A stretch of 62,201 bases of DNA, filler included, from Sphacelaria rigidula (lineage: Eukaryota), in assembly GCA_964200075.2 (NCBI GenBank). It is 5 parts of 5 records of this genome, joined end to end, with 100 filler letters (N's around TTAATTAATTAA, not from the genome) between each part and the next. Parts side by side here need not be neighbours in the genome. Positions count along the whole stretch, not along the records: positions 1 to 12,362 come from CAXNAA020003855.1; 4 more parts are not named here. The stretch is one strand, 5' to 3'. A model generated the notes under the pieces. It searched no databases and was not told the DNA's origin. It saw nothing but the letters and a program-made list of their open reading frames with translations. The position numbers and the translations under genes are program-made. Positions within the stretch are counted from its first letter, which is position 1. Each line of letters starts with the position of its first letter. Positions 1-11,889 of the stretch are shown here, piece by piece.

Positions 1-1284
1 AACGGCTTATTCACTAATTGACCGCTTTTCACTCTCAATCGTACCTTCAACTCTCAATTTCACGAAAACGTTGTTTACCCTCGTCTGCCCATCACTGTTT
101 TCGAAAGATATACCTTCGATGGTCACCAAGGTCTGGAACAGGATCAGATGTCCTACCACGACCTCGCCAGGGCTCGTCAGCGCAAGGCTTTCACTTTGGT
201 ACGCGAACAACACGCTATCAACGCCTCACGCCTTGAAAGATCCAATACCGCCCTCTACAACTTGATGCACAAACGCCCTACTTGAAAAATCGGCGATTGG
301 GTCTGGATCTACAACAGTTTGTCCACCATCCGTCAAGGCGCTGACCGCACTGCCCATGCACCAGTCTTGAAGACCAAACTGTCCCTTAATTTGACGAGTA
401 CGTTCAAGATTCTCTTAAAAGGACCCTCGCCAACGTCTCCAAACGGCAAGTCTGTTGGCGACAAACTCCTCTACCTCGATTTACCTCGTGGCCTCCAGGG
501 ACATGACGCTAAATCTCGCGTCTCTGTGGATCGTTGCAAGCCTTGCACGAACCCGCATGATACTACTGACATGCCTCAATACCTGCCTGCAGGTCTCACT
601 CAATACGTGCTCAACAGCTACTCAACAAAATCTCCACGGTACCACGTTACCACCGATGACGTGACTGAACAACCTCTCCGTTTGGCCGTGACCCACATTT
701 CTGGCCACCAAATCACTCGAGGTCCTGGCGGGAAAATTGCTGTTATGTACAAGACACATTGGCAAGGTCTTCGGCGTACGTCTTGGGAACGCGAGTCCGA
801 CCTTCAACTACACCGTCGTGTTATCCTCCTTTATTGGACACAATCCCCACATCAACAGCTCGCTGACAACAAGGGATATCGCAACATGAGACGCGGTGCT
901 GCAGCCCGCGAACTCCACCGCAACAAAGGACTACGTTTTGTAGCCGATGGTTACGAACTCGCACCCACCAAACAATGGGACGAAAAGATTCGCTTAAGAC
1001 ATCAACTGCTCCCTGAAGGTGCCTATTTGTGGTATAAGGGCAGCGATTACCTCTGGTGGCTATGTCAGATCCACTCCGTCGATGCCCTCGCGGCCAACAC
1101 GTACATCGTGCGTTTCCTCGACGACCCTGGGCCCGTTCAGCTCAAGCTTCGCCCCGATTTATACAAGACTAGCCCCTCCGCACCCCGCGGTTCATGGTGC
1201 CTACAACGCTTCAAGTCACACGGCCTACGCCGAGGCCTTCAGCGCAAGATCGATCGTACACACGACATCAATGCACCATCTTGA
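1..1284 (+). mobile_element. Ty3/gypsy-type pol 3' end: integrase C-terminus with degenerate GPY/F module, chromodomain and PWWP/Tudor-like domain (5'-truncated by the window/contig start, frameshift near 290)
   Basis: ORF 319..1284 contains KTKLSLNLTSTFKIL (a KL..WTGPFKI-like GPY/F motif), LAVTHISGHQ...VMYKTHWQGLRRTSWERESDL (chromodomain pattern, about 682-837) and GAYLWYKGSDYLWWLCQI...YIVRFLDD (about 1009-1206). The upstream frame reads LPITVFER..GHQGLEQDQMSYHDLARARQRKAF, resembling post-core integrase sequence. Confidence 0.75.
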
Positions 1285-1609
1285 GTCCCATCTCTTTGCA
1301 CTCCCTTTATCGCGATTTTTCTCTCCCCTCCCAGTTTGGTTCTGATACTTCCCTTATCCTCACTCAGGTACGCTCTCCTCTTCACTGCCTCATCTACTAT
1401 GGCTCTCCTATCACGGCTCATACCTGCCCTCATCGACCCCTTCGACGCCTTCCTTTGGATCCCTTTCGCCCCCTTCCATTGGCCTCTACGCTGCCACCAC
1501 TTTGTCCGACTGGCGCTCGACCCTATTCGGGTCCTTGAGGTTCTGTTTCCCTGCTTAAGATTGCCACTATGTCCTTTGCGACGTTTTCCTTTGCTTTCAT
1601 CTATCTAGC

Positions 1610-1890
1610 GCGTCAAAACATTGTGTGCTGTGATCGCTAGAGTTGGAGCAATGGCACTTAAGCCAAGCAAACAGACAAGCTTCTAGGCAGAAGATAGTAT
1701 TCAAGGTACCGCTTGCGGGCAAGACAGTTCAAACAACCCACCGTGTTGAACGGTCAACCAAAGTGAGAGCAACCTGACAACTGCTACGCTCCATATTAGA
1801 CCAAACTATCGTGAGCAGTACCGGCGATCCAGACAATGCCTCCATACAAATACAATACCATACGAAGCGTTGACGAGAGTAAGCCCCACA
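1610..1890 (-). repeat. 3' LTR of copia A (diverged from the 5' LTR, low-coordinate end uncertain)
   Basis: Minus strand starts TGTGGGGCTTACTCTCG directly after a purine tract. Collinear with 6820-7110 with many substitutions and indels. No clear TSD. Confidence 0.8.
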
Positions 1891-2048
1891 TCCTCATTTT
1901 CTGGCACTGCCCTTCAACGCAAGTACAGGTCTTACTCCCTCACACTCACACTCAATGCAAATACATACTAGTTCCAGCCACCCAGCTCAATACAACCGTC
2001 CCGGCACTTAAGGACGAAATAAGAACGGGTTCCACAGCCAGACGGAAC

Positions 2049-2990
2049 TTAAATTTTGAATGCGTTGATCAGCTTGACGAGATAGCAGTTTCTGTGTCTG
2101 CTGAGGTACTTGGTTCCTATGTCGGCGAGTTGGTCTTCGGTCTTAACGTAACGAATGTCGATCCTTCCCTCCTTGACTAGTTCCTGAAAGAGAAGTACCA
2201 CAGAGCTACGTGCTTGACTCTCGAACCGTAGGTTCGGTTGCCTGTGACGTGGAGATTTCAAGTATTGTTGATGTAGACGGGGACGAAGTCGAAACGTGTG
2301 CCAAATCCCATCTCCCGCATCATATTCGAGCAAAGTAAGGCCTCCTTCATGGTTAGTGCAGCGGCCACGAGTTCTGCTTCCATGGTCGATTGCGCCGTCA
2401 ATCGTTGTAGTCCTACCTTAAAACTGATGAGGCCGTTCGGGCGAAAGAGAAGATATGATGATGTTGATTTCCCGTTGTCCGGGTTGTTGCCTCAGTTCGT
2501 CTCTGAGAAAATCGTCAATTGGGAACCGCCCTGGTTGTAGGTGATGCCATGGTCCGTAATGCCGACCAAATATCGAAGTAAGTGTTTTGCAGCCGCCACA
2601 TGCGCCTTCGACAGTTTGGGGATCGCCCGCGCCAGTTGATTTACGCCGTATCCAATGTCGTAGCGGGTCACCCAAGCGAGATACATCACACTGCCTGTCA
2701 TGGCCTGGTAGCGCTGTTTGTCCTCCTCGTTCAGTATTTTGTCCCTCGGCTGGTTCAGTGACAATTCTTTTCCCACCCCAGCAGTGCACGCCAGGTTGCA
2801 GCTCGCCATCCCGTATCGTTCCTGAAGAGTGTAGAGACTTGGTGTAATTTGTTTGGTAAGTGTTGACTATCTTGCTATTACGGTCACGAACAACCTCCAT
2901 TCCCAGCACTAACGATACAGCTCCCATGCTCGTCGTAAAAAGACGTCCCATTAGTTTTTGCTTGATTCTTTCCAGCACCTTGGAGCCAGT
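2049..2990 (-). pseudogene. copia A RT C-terminus and RNase H remnant
   Basis: SMGAVSLVLGMEV, YQAMTGSVMYL...TRYDIGYGVNQLAR and YVKTEDQLADIGTK are spread across several frames. Confidence 0.88.
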
Positions 2991-3120
2991 CTGCCACCCC
3001 TCCAGGTTGTACCCTCCAAGTATCACCGACGTCATGCGAATACCCTGAATCCTGCAGATCGGAATAATTGCCGCAACCGAAGCCGTGGACTTGTTTCCAG
3101 TCCAGCACTCCGACTCGATC

Positions 3121-3188
3121 CTTGTAGCAGCAGCAATAGCAGCAATAGCAGCAGTAGCAGTAGTAGCAGTAGCAGTAGTCGTAATAGT

Positions 3189-3220
<32 letters not shown>

Positions 3221-3315
3221 TAGTAGTAGTAGTAGTTGTTGTTGTTGTTGATGATGGCAACGATGATAGTGGTGGTGGTGATGTTGATGTTGATGTTGAT
3301 GTTGATGTTGTTGAC

Positions 3316-3372
<57 letters not shown>
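3121..3372. repeat. Compound trinucleotide microsatellite (GCA/GTA/GTCGTA/GTT/GTTGAT) inside copia A
   Basis: Directly visible. It is the source of the poly-T/N/Q/V/L ORFs in the ORF track. Confidence 0.95.
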
Positions 3373-4191
3373 GCGGGCTGCCATGCAAGCACATGTCACC
3401 ATGAAGCGAGTGTCGATGATAATGGAGTTGATGATTCTGCGAGCCATGTCACCATTTGTTTGCCGAATCTGTCCCGTGGGTGTGTCACGAGTTGCTCCGG
3501 CCGTGTAACACAATGCGGAAGACCATCGTACGGAAGCATCCCTCCACTGGTCGGGGCACCGTCGTGCATATCTTGCCTGGTGATGGCGCTGGTTCTCCCC
3601 GGAAGCTCGCCTCCTCGTGAACTTTTAGAGCCCCCGCTGGTAGTGGCATGGTCGGCAAACACATGAGCCGGATGAGTGTATACAAAAATATGATTGCGAA
3701 GGTTGCGTATGAAGGCGTTGTTGAGGGCGTGGTTGTGACCCTTACTGTCGCCAGGCTCCTCGTCGTTGGGTAGTCAAGGGTGTATAATGTAGACGCGATA
3801 GCACTTGCTGTTATTGCCATACCTGACCAATCGTCCTCCGACTGCCTCGGGAGATAGTTTTAGAGTGCCTTTATTGGTGTGGACGAACGCCTTGGCTCCA
3901 TTGACTTAAGGATGTCTTCGATCTGGTTTTCTGTCATGCAGCATCTTGTGCGGACACTGCATTCTTAGCGCGGAGTGCGGTGCTCTGTTTGCAAGGTGGG
4001 ATATCCTGAGCATTGATTCCCCCCAGGTAAAGGTAGGTAAACCGCTGTCGGCAAGCATGCACCGGACCATGGCTGCAAGCGTCCTCCCTACGCGTTCTGA
4101 CCGGCCGATTTATTGTGGTGTATTGGTGCTCGCAAACTCTAGCAATATGCCTGTCTGCCAACAGTACGTTCTAAAATAGTTGCCAATAAAC

Positions 4192-6176
4192 TCACCCTTT
4201 GTCTGCCCTGAGTCGTTCGACCCGAACGCCGCCGGTCCCACCCATGGTCATGACCAGTTGGAAGATGCGTTGCACCTTGTTGTTGGCTGTCTTCGGATGG
4301 GCTAGTTGATAGCTTTTCCAAACAGCACAAATATCACAGTCCGGGACGGATCCACCGAAGTCCACCCCGTTACTTTCGACGGTTTTCACAAGGTTCAAAC
4401 TATTGCTGTTCAAGTGCCCCATCCGCCGATGCCATAGCGTGGCGGCGTCTGCAGCTTGCACAGCCAGTCGAGGCGCGTCGTTGCCGCTGATTACGTTTAG
4501 AGAAAATAGGTACAGGTCCTTTTCCGACTCCTGGAGCGGAACGGTGAAGTTTTTTGTTCCCTGTCTTGGGCTGTTCATCTCAAAAATAGATACCACTTCA
4601 TTTCGTGTCGCTTGCTTGACGGAGAAAATATTCCGTCCCAAGCCAGACGCGACCAAACACGAAATCTGGACCAGGCCTTTGACCCCTCCGTCGTCTTTGA
4701 TGTGTCCGCGGAGCAATCCCTCACCAACCCCTGCCAGTTGGTGCCCCCCTGCGGTGGTGATCTTACGCGGGATCGCCAGTTCCTGGTAGTTGTAAAGTTC
4801 GTGTCGCAGCCCCGGGGTGAGGGTATCGTCAACGTGATGTCCCGACGCGCCACTGTCTACCATGATACTGGCAGAGCTGACAGAGCTGTTACTGCCCTCC
4901 TTCCACTTGTCGAGAGCGGTTCCCGTCGCGAGAGCCCACCAATCATCAGCGTTGGTGATACCGCCAAATGTTTCAGCGTTGTCGTAAGGGTTCGACGTGG
5001 CTCGGTGGTAAAATGAGTTCCCAAACATCAACCAGACGTAATGAACTACGGCTGTTAAGGCCAACGCGCGAACCTTTGGGGAAAGTGCCACCTTGATTCC
5101 CCGCAACATGTTGTAAGCCCTACGCCAGAACTCCAGACTCCCGGCCTCCTCGGTCCCGTCCGTCGCTTTGAAGGCACCGAAAAGTACGCTGCTGTCATAT
5201 GAAGCAACGGGTATATTCGTTGGAACGAACGGCCAAATGTAGCCGTTTGCCGGGGACTTCGTGTTTTGGGCGCTTCTAAGGTATTGAAGGAGATGGCTGG
5301 GGTCTGCTCCCTTGCACCGGTGACTAGTGGGTATCCCGACCACTGCACGATATTTGCTGCCTGCTGGTTGCGCCGTCGCAAGAAACGGCACTCTTCGTCG
5401 CTGTGGGTTGTTGACATGTGGAAGGAGCACCACTTGCTCTTTGTCCCCTTTTCCTTGTCTCCCCCTGTCAGTGCTTGGGCCGCGTTTCGAGCAGGGCAAT
5501 TTCTTTTAACGTGGCCTCGCTTCCCGCAACGGACGCATGTTCTGTGCTTTCTTCTGCTATCACCACTTCCACTGGTCAGCACGGCGACCCCGCGGCCTGC
5601 GACCAAGTTTATAGCATCTGAGCGAGAGAGATAGTCGGTATACATGGTGCTGACCATGTATCGGAGATCCGCCAAATCAAAATCACGCCTCTCGCAGCTA
5701 GCAATACGAACCCTTTCGTACTCGGCAGGCAGGGCTCGGAGGATAATATCCTCGTACCGCTCGTCGGGTACACATTGTCCCATTTCATCTAGGCGGTCAC
5801 GGTAGGCGTCCATGACAAACAGGAAGTCTTCCGAATCATCTCCGGACAGCATCGTTGTAGTATGAGGTGTGTCACGGAACTCCATTCGTGCCTCTTTGCT
5901 GTTGCCGTCATATTTGTTGTGCAGCGCTGCCCACGCTGCTTGCCCGTCTCCGACCCCATCCTGGTGATTTTTCCCCATATGACATCTGACGGTGTTGTTT
6001 GCTGATTTTTCGGTGCTAAAAAACAGAATACTGAACAGATCATTGTTGGCACGATCCCACGCCACTGAAGGTGTCGTATCACAGGGTGGTTGGCCATCAT
6101 TGATTACGGTGGATCTGGGTCTTTGCCGCCCATTCAGGATTTCTGCGGCCGTATTGTGGTGGAGGGACAGGATCAC
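4192..6176 (-). pseudogene. copia A gag, protease and GAG-pre-integrase region (frameshifted)
   Basis: ORF 5055..6176 has AWAALHNKY (UBN2-type gag), a CCHC knuckle CVRCGKRGHVKRNC and WCSFHMSTTHSDEEC. ORF 4192..5499 has IMVDSGASGHH (protease) and LWHRRMGH...CDIC. Confidence 0.9.
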
Positions 6177-6819
6177 CCAGAGTTTGTCTTTTTATTCCCG
6201 GAAGCTCGCTTTGTCCCTGTCATCGAACTTTGCATAGAGTTTCAGTACCCCTCGAATACCCTCATTGTCCGCCATGTGGATCCTGTTCGTCGCTCTGCTT
6301 CAACTTCACAAGTAAAGATAAGGGGTGTTCAAGGGTGTTCAAGCATAGTTTCCCACCACACAATCGGCTTTGCTCACCGCCGCCTGACTCGTCGGTAGCT
6401 CAAGAAGATAAAATATGTACAGGAGTAGCACCCGCAATAGTCCACCACCATGGCAGCGTCCACCGGATGTGCCGCCTAATTTTCACCGATGGATAGCTTG
6501 ATACAGAATATCGAGAAACAGGATGTTGCAGACAGGCCCACGGCTGTGCACTTCAATGGTAGACGCATTCATTTCCCCCCCCAAACGGATCCGACGGTTT
6601 TCCCGCTGTTTTAAAATTAAGTATGTTACCAGGTGCGCACAGGGAAGAGTGTCGTCCTCACTTCGTGATACACTGCTGCAGTGCTAGACGCACACAGGTG
6701 TAGTGCCGTCTCTACTGTGACTCAACTCACGTTGTTTTCCAGCGAATATCATTTATTTTGCTGCTGCCCTCCTTTCGTTCAAAGTCCAAGTAGACGCCAA
6801 CGCAGAGGCTCAATAAACC

Positions 6820-7110
6820 TGGTCGAGAATGTGTCGCTAGGACTCCTTTGACGTGATCGCTAGAGTTGGCCAAGCAAGCAGACAAGCTGCTTTGGAGTGT
6901 AGACAGAAGGTAGTGTTGAAGGTGCCGCTTACGGGTAAGACAGTCCAAACAACCCACCGTGTTGAACGGCCAACCAAGAAGAGTGAGGGCAACCGGACAA
7001 CTGCTACGCTCCATATTAGACCAAACCATCGTGAGCAGTACCGGCGATCCAGACAACGCCTCCATACAATACAATACCATAACGAAGCGTTGACGAGAGT
7101 AAGCCCAACA
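6820..7110 (-). repeat. 5' LTR of copia A
   Basis: Minus strand reads TGTTGGGCTTACTCTCG...ATTCTCGACCA, followed directly by a GGTTATGAGCCC-like PBS (half-tRNAiMet type). Aligns with 1610-1890. Confidence 0.85.
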
Positions 7111-8151
7111 GCCCAATTTTCTAATATATATCACTTACTCGCAGTAATGTTGACCACTTCGTCGAAGGTGTGCGGGAGAGACACGGCTCCATTTATTGCA
7201 CACAGTAGCAGCTCCCACCACTAGGTTGGTGAGTCTGCTGCCCGGAAAACCCTCCTAATAATGTAGTACAGTATGGTCAGGGTCAGTTGTATGTTTTTTT
7301 TTAAATATACCACTCCTCAAGGTCCCAAAGGGGGTCTGAACTGCCCAGGGAAAGTGCTGGTACACTCTTCCTCGTGTATGGTTTGTGACAACTGTGGGGG
7401 TATTTGGGGAACATCGCTCGAAATGAAACATGTAGAATAGTATTCACGGGACCCGGTACTGTAGTACATCTTCCCCTGTTCAGAATTGAAGTTTTCTTGC
7501 TTGAACGGTTTATACCCGTAACAATGGACGACTGCTTTCCGACGAAATCATCCGTCCCTTTAGGACTTTCCCTGCGCGATACGGTCCGCTAAGCACGCTG
7601 TCCTTTCATGCATTACACTATGCCTATCACCAACAACAGTCACCCCTTATCATACCCACCGCTAGCAACAGCCGCTTTAATGTCATGCCTGCTACCAGCA
7701 CCCGCAACCCCGATTCCAATACTATCACCCGCCCCAGCAGCAACAACACCCCAATTACTATCCTACTCATAAAAAAACCCCACACCAGCAACAGCAACAA
7801 GCTGTGCAGCCCCCCCCTTCACTGGTTAACACTTTGCTCTCGTCGCGGGGTAAATGAGGCGGTGCATTCGGAACCGTGCACATTATCGAAGGAGTTAGAA
7901 CTGAGCATGGTCTTGACCTTGTAAAGGTCGTACTTCATCCTGAACATTCGAAATCATCTAGAGGGTTTTCAACATTGGAGTCTCCCTCGAGGATTTTCGC
8001 CGATATCGAAATCCTCTGGATTGTTTCTGAAATCCCATTTTTGTTACATCGTATTCGAAAGTTGTACAGTGCCGGAGCTGTTCGGGGTGTATCCTCGATT
8101 TTCCCGATTTGAAAAGGGCTGGGATTACCAAATACGGTAAACGCGAGGATT

Positions 8152-9058
8152 TACCCCGGACAGCTCCTGCTGCAAAGTCCCATACACTAGCATATGGGAG
8201 ATGTACAGCAAAGAATTATCGGAAGTTCTCGCTTTGCCCACTGATGTTACCTGAAATGAAGCGGAAAAAGGACTTGCGAGCAGCCTCTGCGGTCCAAATC
8301 CGACATAGTATGCTGTTGCCAGCGTACGACACTCAAACTGCAGAGATTGCCGAAAGCTCGCCTTGCCTCCCAATCAAATCAGCTGGGCAGGACGGAAGCT
8401 TTTCGACAGCCTCTGCCGTTGACATTCCAAACACGGACTGCAAGAGCATGTCCCACCGGCAGTATTCGCATCACTGAACTGATGGTGGTTGATGATCGAC
8501 GTATACCCTGACTATAACAATAGTGATGGGGTTTGAGAACCCTGTAGTCCCTTCCTTGTCTACCAATCGTATTTTGCATCTGCAGGGTAAGTACACCGCA
8601 TCGCGGCTTCTGTACTTCGATAGAGGTAAGAGTCAGAAACTCTACAATCGGTAGACAAGGGACTCCGGGGTTTTCAAACCCCATCGCTATTGTTATAGTT
8701 AGGGTACACGTCAATCAACAACCACCATCAGTTCAGTGATGCGAATACTGCCGGTGGGACATGCTCTTGCAGTCCGTGTATAGAATGTCAGCGGCAGAGG
8801 CTGTCGAAACGCTCCCGTCCTGCCCAGCTGATTTGATTGGGAGGCAAGACGAGCTTCCGACTATCTCTGCAGTTTGAGTGTCGTACGCTGGCAACAGTAT
8901 ACTAAGTCGGATTTGGACCGCAGAGGCTGCTCGCAAGTCCTTTTTCCGCCTCATTTCAGGTAACATCAGTGGGCAAAGCGAGGACTTCCGATAATTCTTT
9001 GCTGTACATCTCCCATACGCTAGTGTATGGGACTTTACAGCAGGAGCTGTCCGGGGTA
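8152..9058. mobile_element. Foldback element with arms of about 420 bp (8152-8571 and 8643-9058) and a spacer of about 70 bp
   Basis: The arms are clear reverse complements. ORFs 8109..8477(+) and 8733..9077(-) translate almost identically. Confidence 0.85.
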
Positions 9059-9194
9059 GATAATATTTTTCCCCCATTTGAAAAAAAAAAATCCGAATTG
9101 GGAAAATGAGGATTTAAAAATTTTTAAAACGATCTAAATCCTCGTTTTCCCCAATTTCGCATAACCCCCGCCCCTCCCAGAAATCCATATTGAA

Positions 9195-9612
9195 CAGCCT
9201 GGGTTCGTTATTGAGGCTCAACATTTTAATTAGTTTCAACTCGAGAACAGTGCTTTACCTGACCTAAAGTCATGACCAATGAATTTCAGATTGACGACCT
9301 CATGCCCCCCAACCTTCTTGAATCTATTTCGGGGGTTGCCCGTCTTCTGTGCCCCCAAAGTGTATACACGAAAGCACCAATTTCGGGCTAAAAACGACCC
9401 CCTTTTCTCCCCGATATCGTGGCGAAAAGATACCTACGCACATACGCTTTGGGGGCACGGAAGACCGGCAACCCCCGGCATAGTTTTAAGGACGTCGGGG
9501 GTCATGAGGTCGTCAATCTGAAATTCATTGGTCATGACTTTAGGTCAGGGAAAGCACTGTTTTCGAGTTGGAAGTCATCAAAATGTTGAACCTCAATAAC
9601 GAATTCAGGCTG
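9195..9612. mobile_element. MITE with TIRs of about 170 bp (CAGCCTG...CAGGCTG)
   Basis: CAGCCTGGGTTCGTTATTGAGG... pairs with ...CCTCAATAACGAATTCAGGCTG. Related copies at 12463-12700 and 62002-62201. Confidence 0.85.
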
Positions 9613-9939
9613 TTATTAGGGAAAACGAGGATTCACCCCGAACAGCCCCCGCGCTGCACAATTTTCGAATATGCTGTAGCAAGAACGAGATTTCACAAAC
9701 GTGCAAGTCAGAGGATTTCGTTGTTGGCATGATATATCAAATCCCGTCATGATGTTAACTCACACAACAAGGTACTAGCCGAGCCTTCGGGTAATCGGCA
9801 CACGTACTCGCTCGCGATCGTTGCCATCGCCAGCGGGGTAAGTGTTGGGTTGGCTTTCCCTTTTCCATCAAGGAAAAAAACCCCAACAACAACAAGGTGC
9901 TGTATCAAGCAGGCCTCTACAACCTCGCACATCGCGTGC

Positions 9940-10640
9940 GTATATCTTAGACTTTCTCAGGGTGTTCACCCGCACAAAATGCTATGTCGAGAGAGTTCTC
10001 TAAAACCGTGCACACTGTCGAAGGTCAATTTGAGGCTTCTGGACCTTCCGAAGGTGTTCACAGGGTCGTCCACAGGATCTCCATTTTCCAAAGGTATTCA
10101 CAAGGTGTAGCAAAGTGTCCACCTGTGTTTGACTTCAGCACCCCAGGCCGAGGCATCGCAACAGTCGGAGCATCTGCACTTGTTTATGGCGCGTTCCATA
10201 CCTGAATAATACGAGTCTCGGTTTCGGCTTGGCAATATTGATTTGCGTGGGTATGGTGTGATACATAATTGGACTGCATCAAGTAGCGGTGACGATACGG
10301 AGGAATGGGTTGCTGATAAGGTTGCTTCACACCACATCACAGGGAATATGTATGGCGTTTTTGATGTACCCTCAAGGCACCGAAAACGTAATCATGGGTA
10401 ACGGGAGCACATATGCAGTCAAGGCTGTAGGTAGTCTGAATTTAAGATTCCACAGGGGATCTTCTCTACATTTCCCTGCTCCGCCAACAGATATTTTGTC
10501 CAGTTGACCGATGTCCACGGGGTAGAAGGTGCCACGTTTAGTGTTTCTCCCTTTATCACGTGCAGCAGCGACACGATATCATTCTCAATTCGACTGGGGT
10601 ACATCTCTTTCACGGCAGATTACGTTTCAAGTGTCCTTTG
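9940..10640 (+). pseudogene. Highly decayed copia gag-knuckle/protease remnant
   Basis: EEWVADKVASHHITG (a W.ADSGAS.H-like motif) followed by VIMGNGSTYAVKAVGSLNLRFH. Knuckle-like KPCTLSK, similar to 7870-7900. Confidence 0.55.
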
Positions 10641-11889
10641 CGATCTGCATCGCAGTTGGCACGCGTCTCCCCCTAACATATATGTCACGAATCACGTGGC
10701 GGATGTCTAGAGGTGAAGGGTGCCAGTTTGTGGGCACCCGAGATGGCATCTCAAAAGACATGCAAGCACCAGGATCCGACGGAGCTCAATGATGATTGTA
10801 CGTGCAAGATGGTTCAAGTAATGTTCACAGTGACTTTGCACCTGCAGCGCATCGAGCGCATACTCGAGGCAACACCAGCTGCAGGCAAGTCAGGCTTGCT
10901 TTAGACGCAGACCAGCGACACCTATGATATCGCAGTCCATGGATGGCGTGAATGCTTTTTGTATTATCGGCCAACAGGCTAGTAGCTGCTGTACGTGCTG
11001 GGATCAATCCTGAAAGCTCTCTGAAAACATGGGCAGACAATCTGATACCAAGCATGACAAAAGTATGAGACATGGAGCCTAGTCGGGTGGAAAATGACCA
11101 ATAAATCCGTGACATGCCCCCAGCCTTATTTATAAGGCCGAACAAAAAGGATTATGGGTTGGAGGGGCCGAAAAAAGAATGAAGCCTGTGCATCAAAGCC
11201 TGAAGATAAAACGAGAAAAACCTGCTTTATTACAATGCGGGGGAAAACTCGATACCTAATGGATAGGTAAACCCTGTTAGGCAGGGAAAAACTCCATCCG
11301 TTAGGAAGGAAAAAAGATCTATAGCGCCCTTTCCAACGACAGGAACAACAGACAAGTACGGTTGCTGTTGGTTTTTCCGGATCTCAGTTAGACTGGAGAA
11401 GGATTGGCGAGTTAGCTTAATCGCGTGTCGCCACCCCGGATCTGTTACACTGGATGCTGGGGTAGTGCGGGGCTTGAACCTCGCTAAAAACAAGCTTTCC
11501 ACGAACTGATCAATAGTTGCAGGAGTGCAGCTTTTGAGGGGTGCTCTTCTGTAACTACTGACGCCTACCGCATTCCTCTCGCGATGATATCATATACCAC
11601 ATCACACAACAACTCGTGAACGTCGATGGCTGCAATCTATCTTTGGTTCCTCCGTTCCAGCTTTGAGCGCTCGAGTTCCCGGCGAGATAGCTCTTTTCAG
11701 TCTCCATCTTTGTATCGTACTCATCAAAAGCGATTCCCATAATCATACACTTGGCGCTTTAGCTTGGCACTGCTATAGCCTTTCCAGGAGGTAGCACCTA
11801 TGAGCAAAAGCTTCAAGGCATCACTACGTGGGGGAGCGGGGTGCTTCGAGTGCGATGCTGGGGTCGAAGAAACTATGGGGGTGATACAG

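Larger units (their letters stand above)
1610..7110 (-). mobile_element. Decayed Ty1/copia LTR retrotransposon (copy A) with both LTRs
   Basis: Direct repeats at about 1610-1890 and 6820-7110. On the minus strand they start TG and the 5' LTR ends CA. A PBS-like GGTTTATTGAGCCTC lies at 6805-6819 and a PPT-like AGAAAATGAGGA just before the 3' LTR. Internal order is gag-PR-INT-RT-RH, with frameshifts and deletions. Confidence 0.9.
7990..9747. repeat. Outer inverted repeat (about 7990-8105 and about 9618-9747) enclosing a palindrome cluster
   Basis: CGAAATCCTCTG...ATTCGAAAGTTGTACAG...GAGCTGTTCGGGGTG..TCCTCG.TTTTCCC is the reverse complement of 9618-9720, with moderate divergence. Confidence 0.7.

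Noticed and set aside
2418..3666. Long poly-T/N/Y/Q/V/L ORFs
   Set aside because: They are translations of the triplet microsatellite inside a dead copia.
8109..9077. Pair of near-identical convergent ORFs
   Set aside because: They arise from the foldback arms and have no recognisable protein features.
10700..10900. Cys/His-rich stretch suggestive of a TRAF-type or viral (EsV-1-7-like) zinc repeat
   Set aside because: Too short and broken, and ligand spacing cannot be established.
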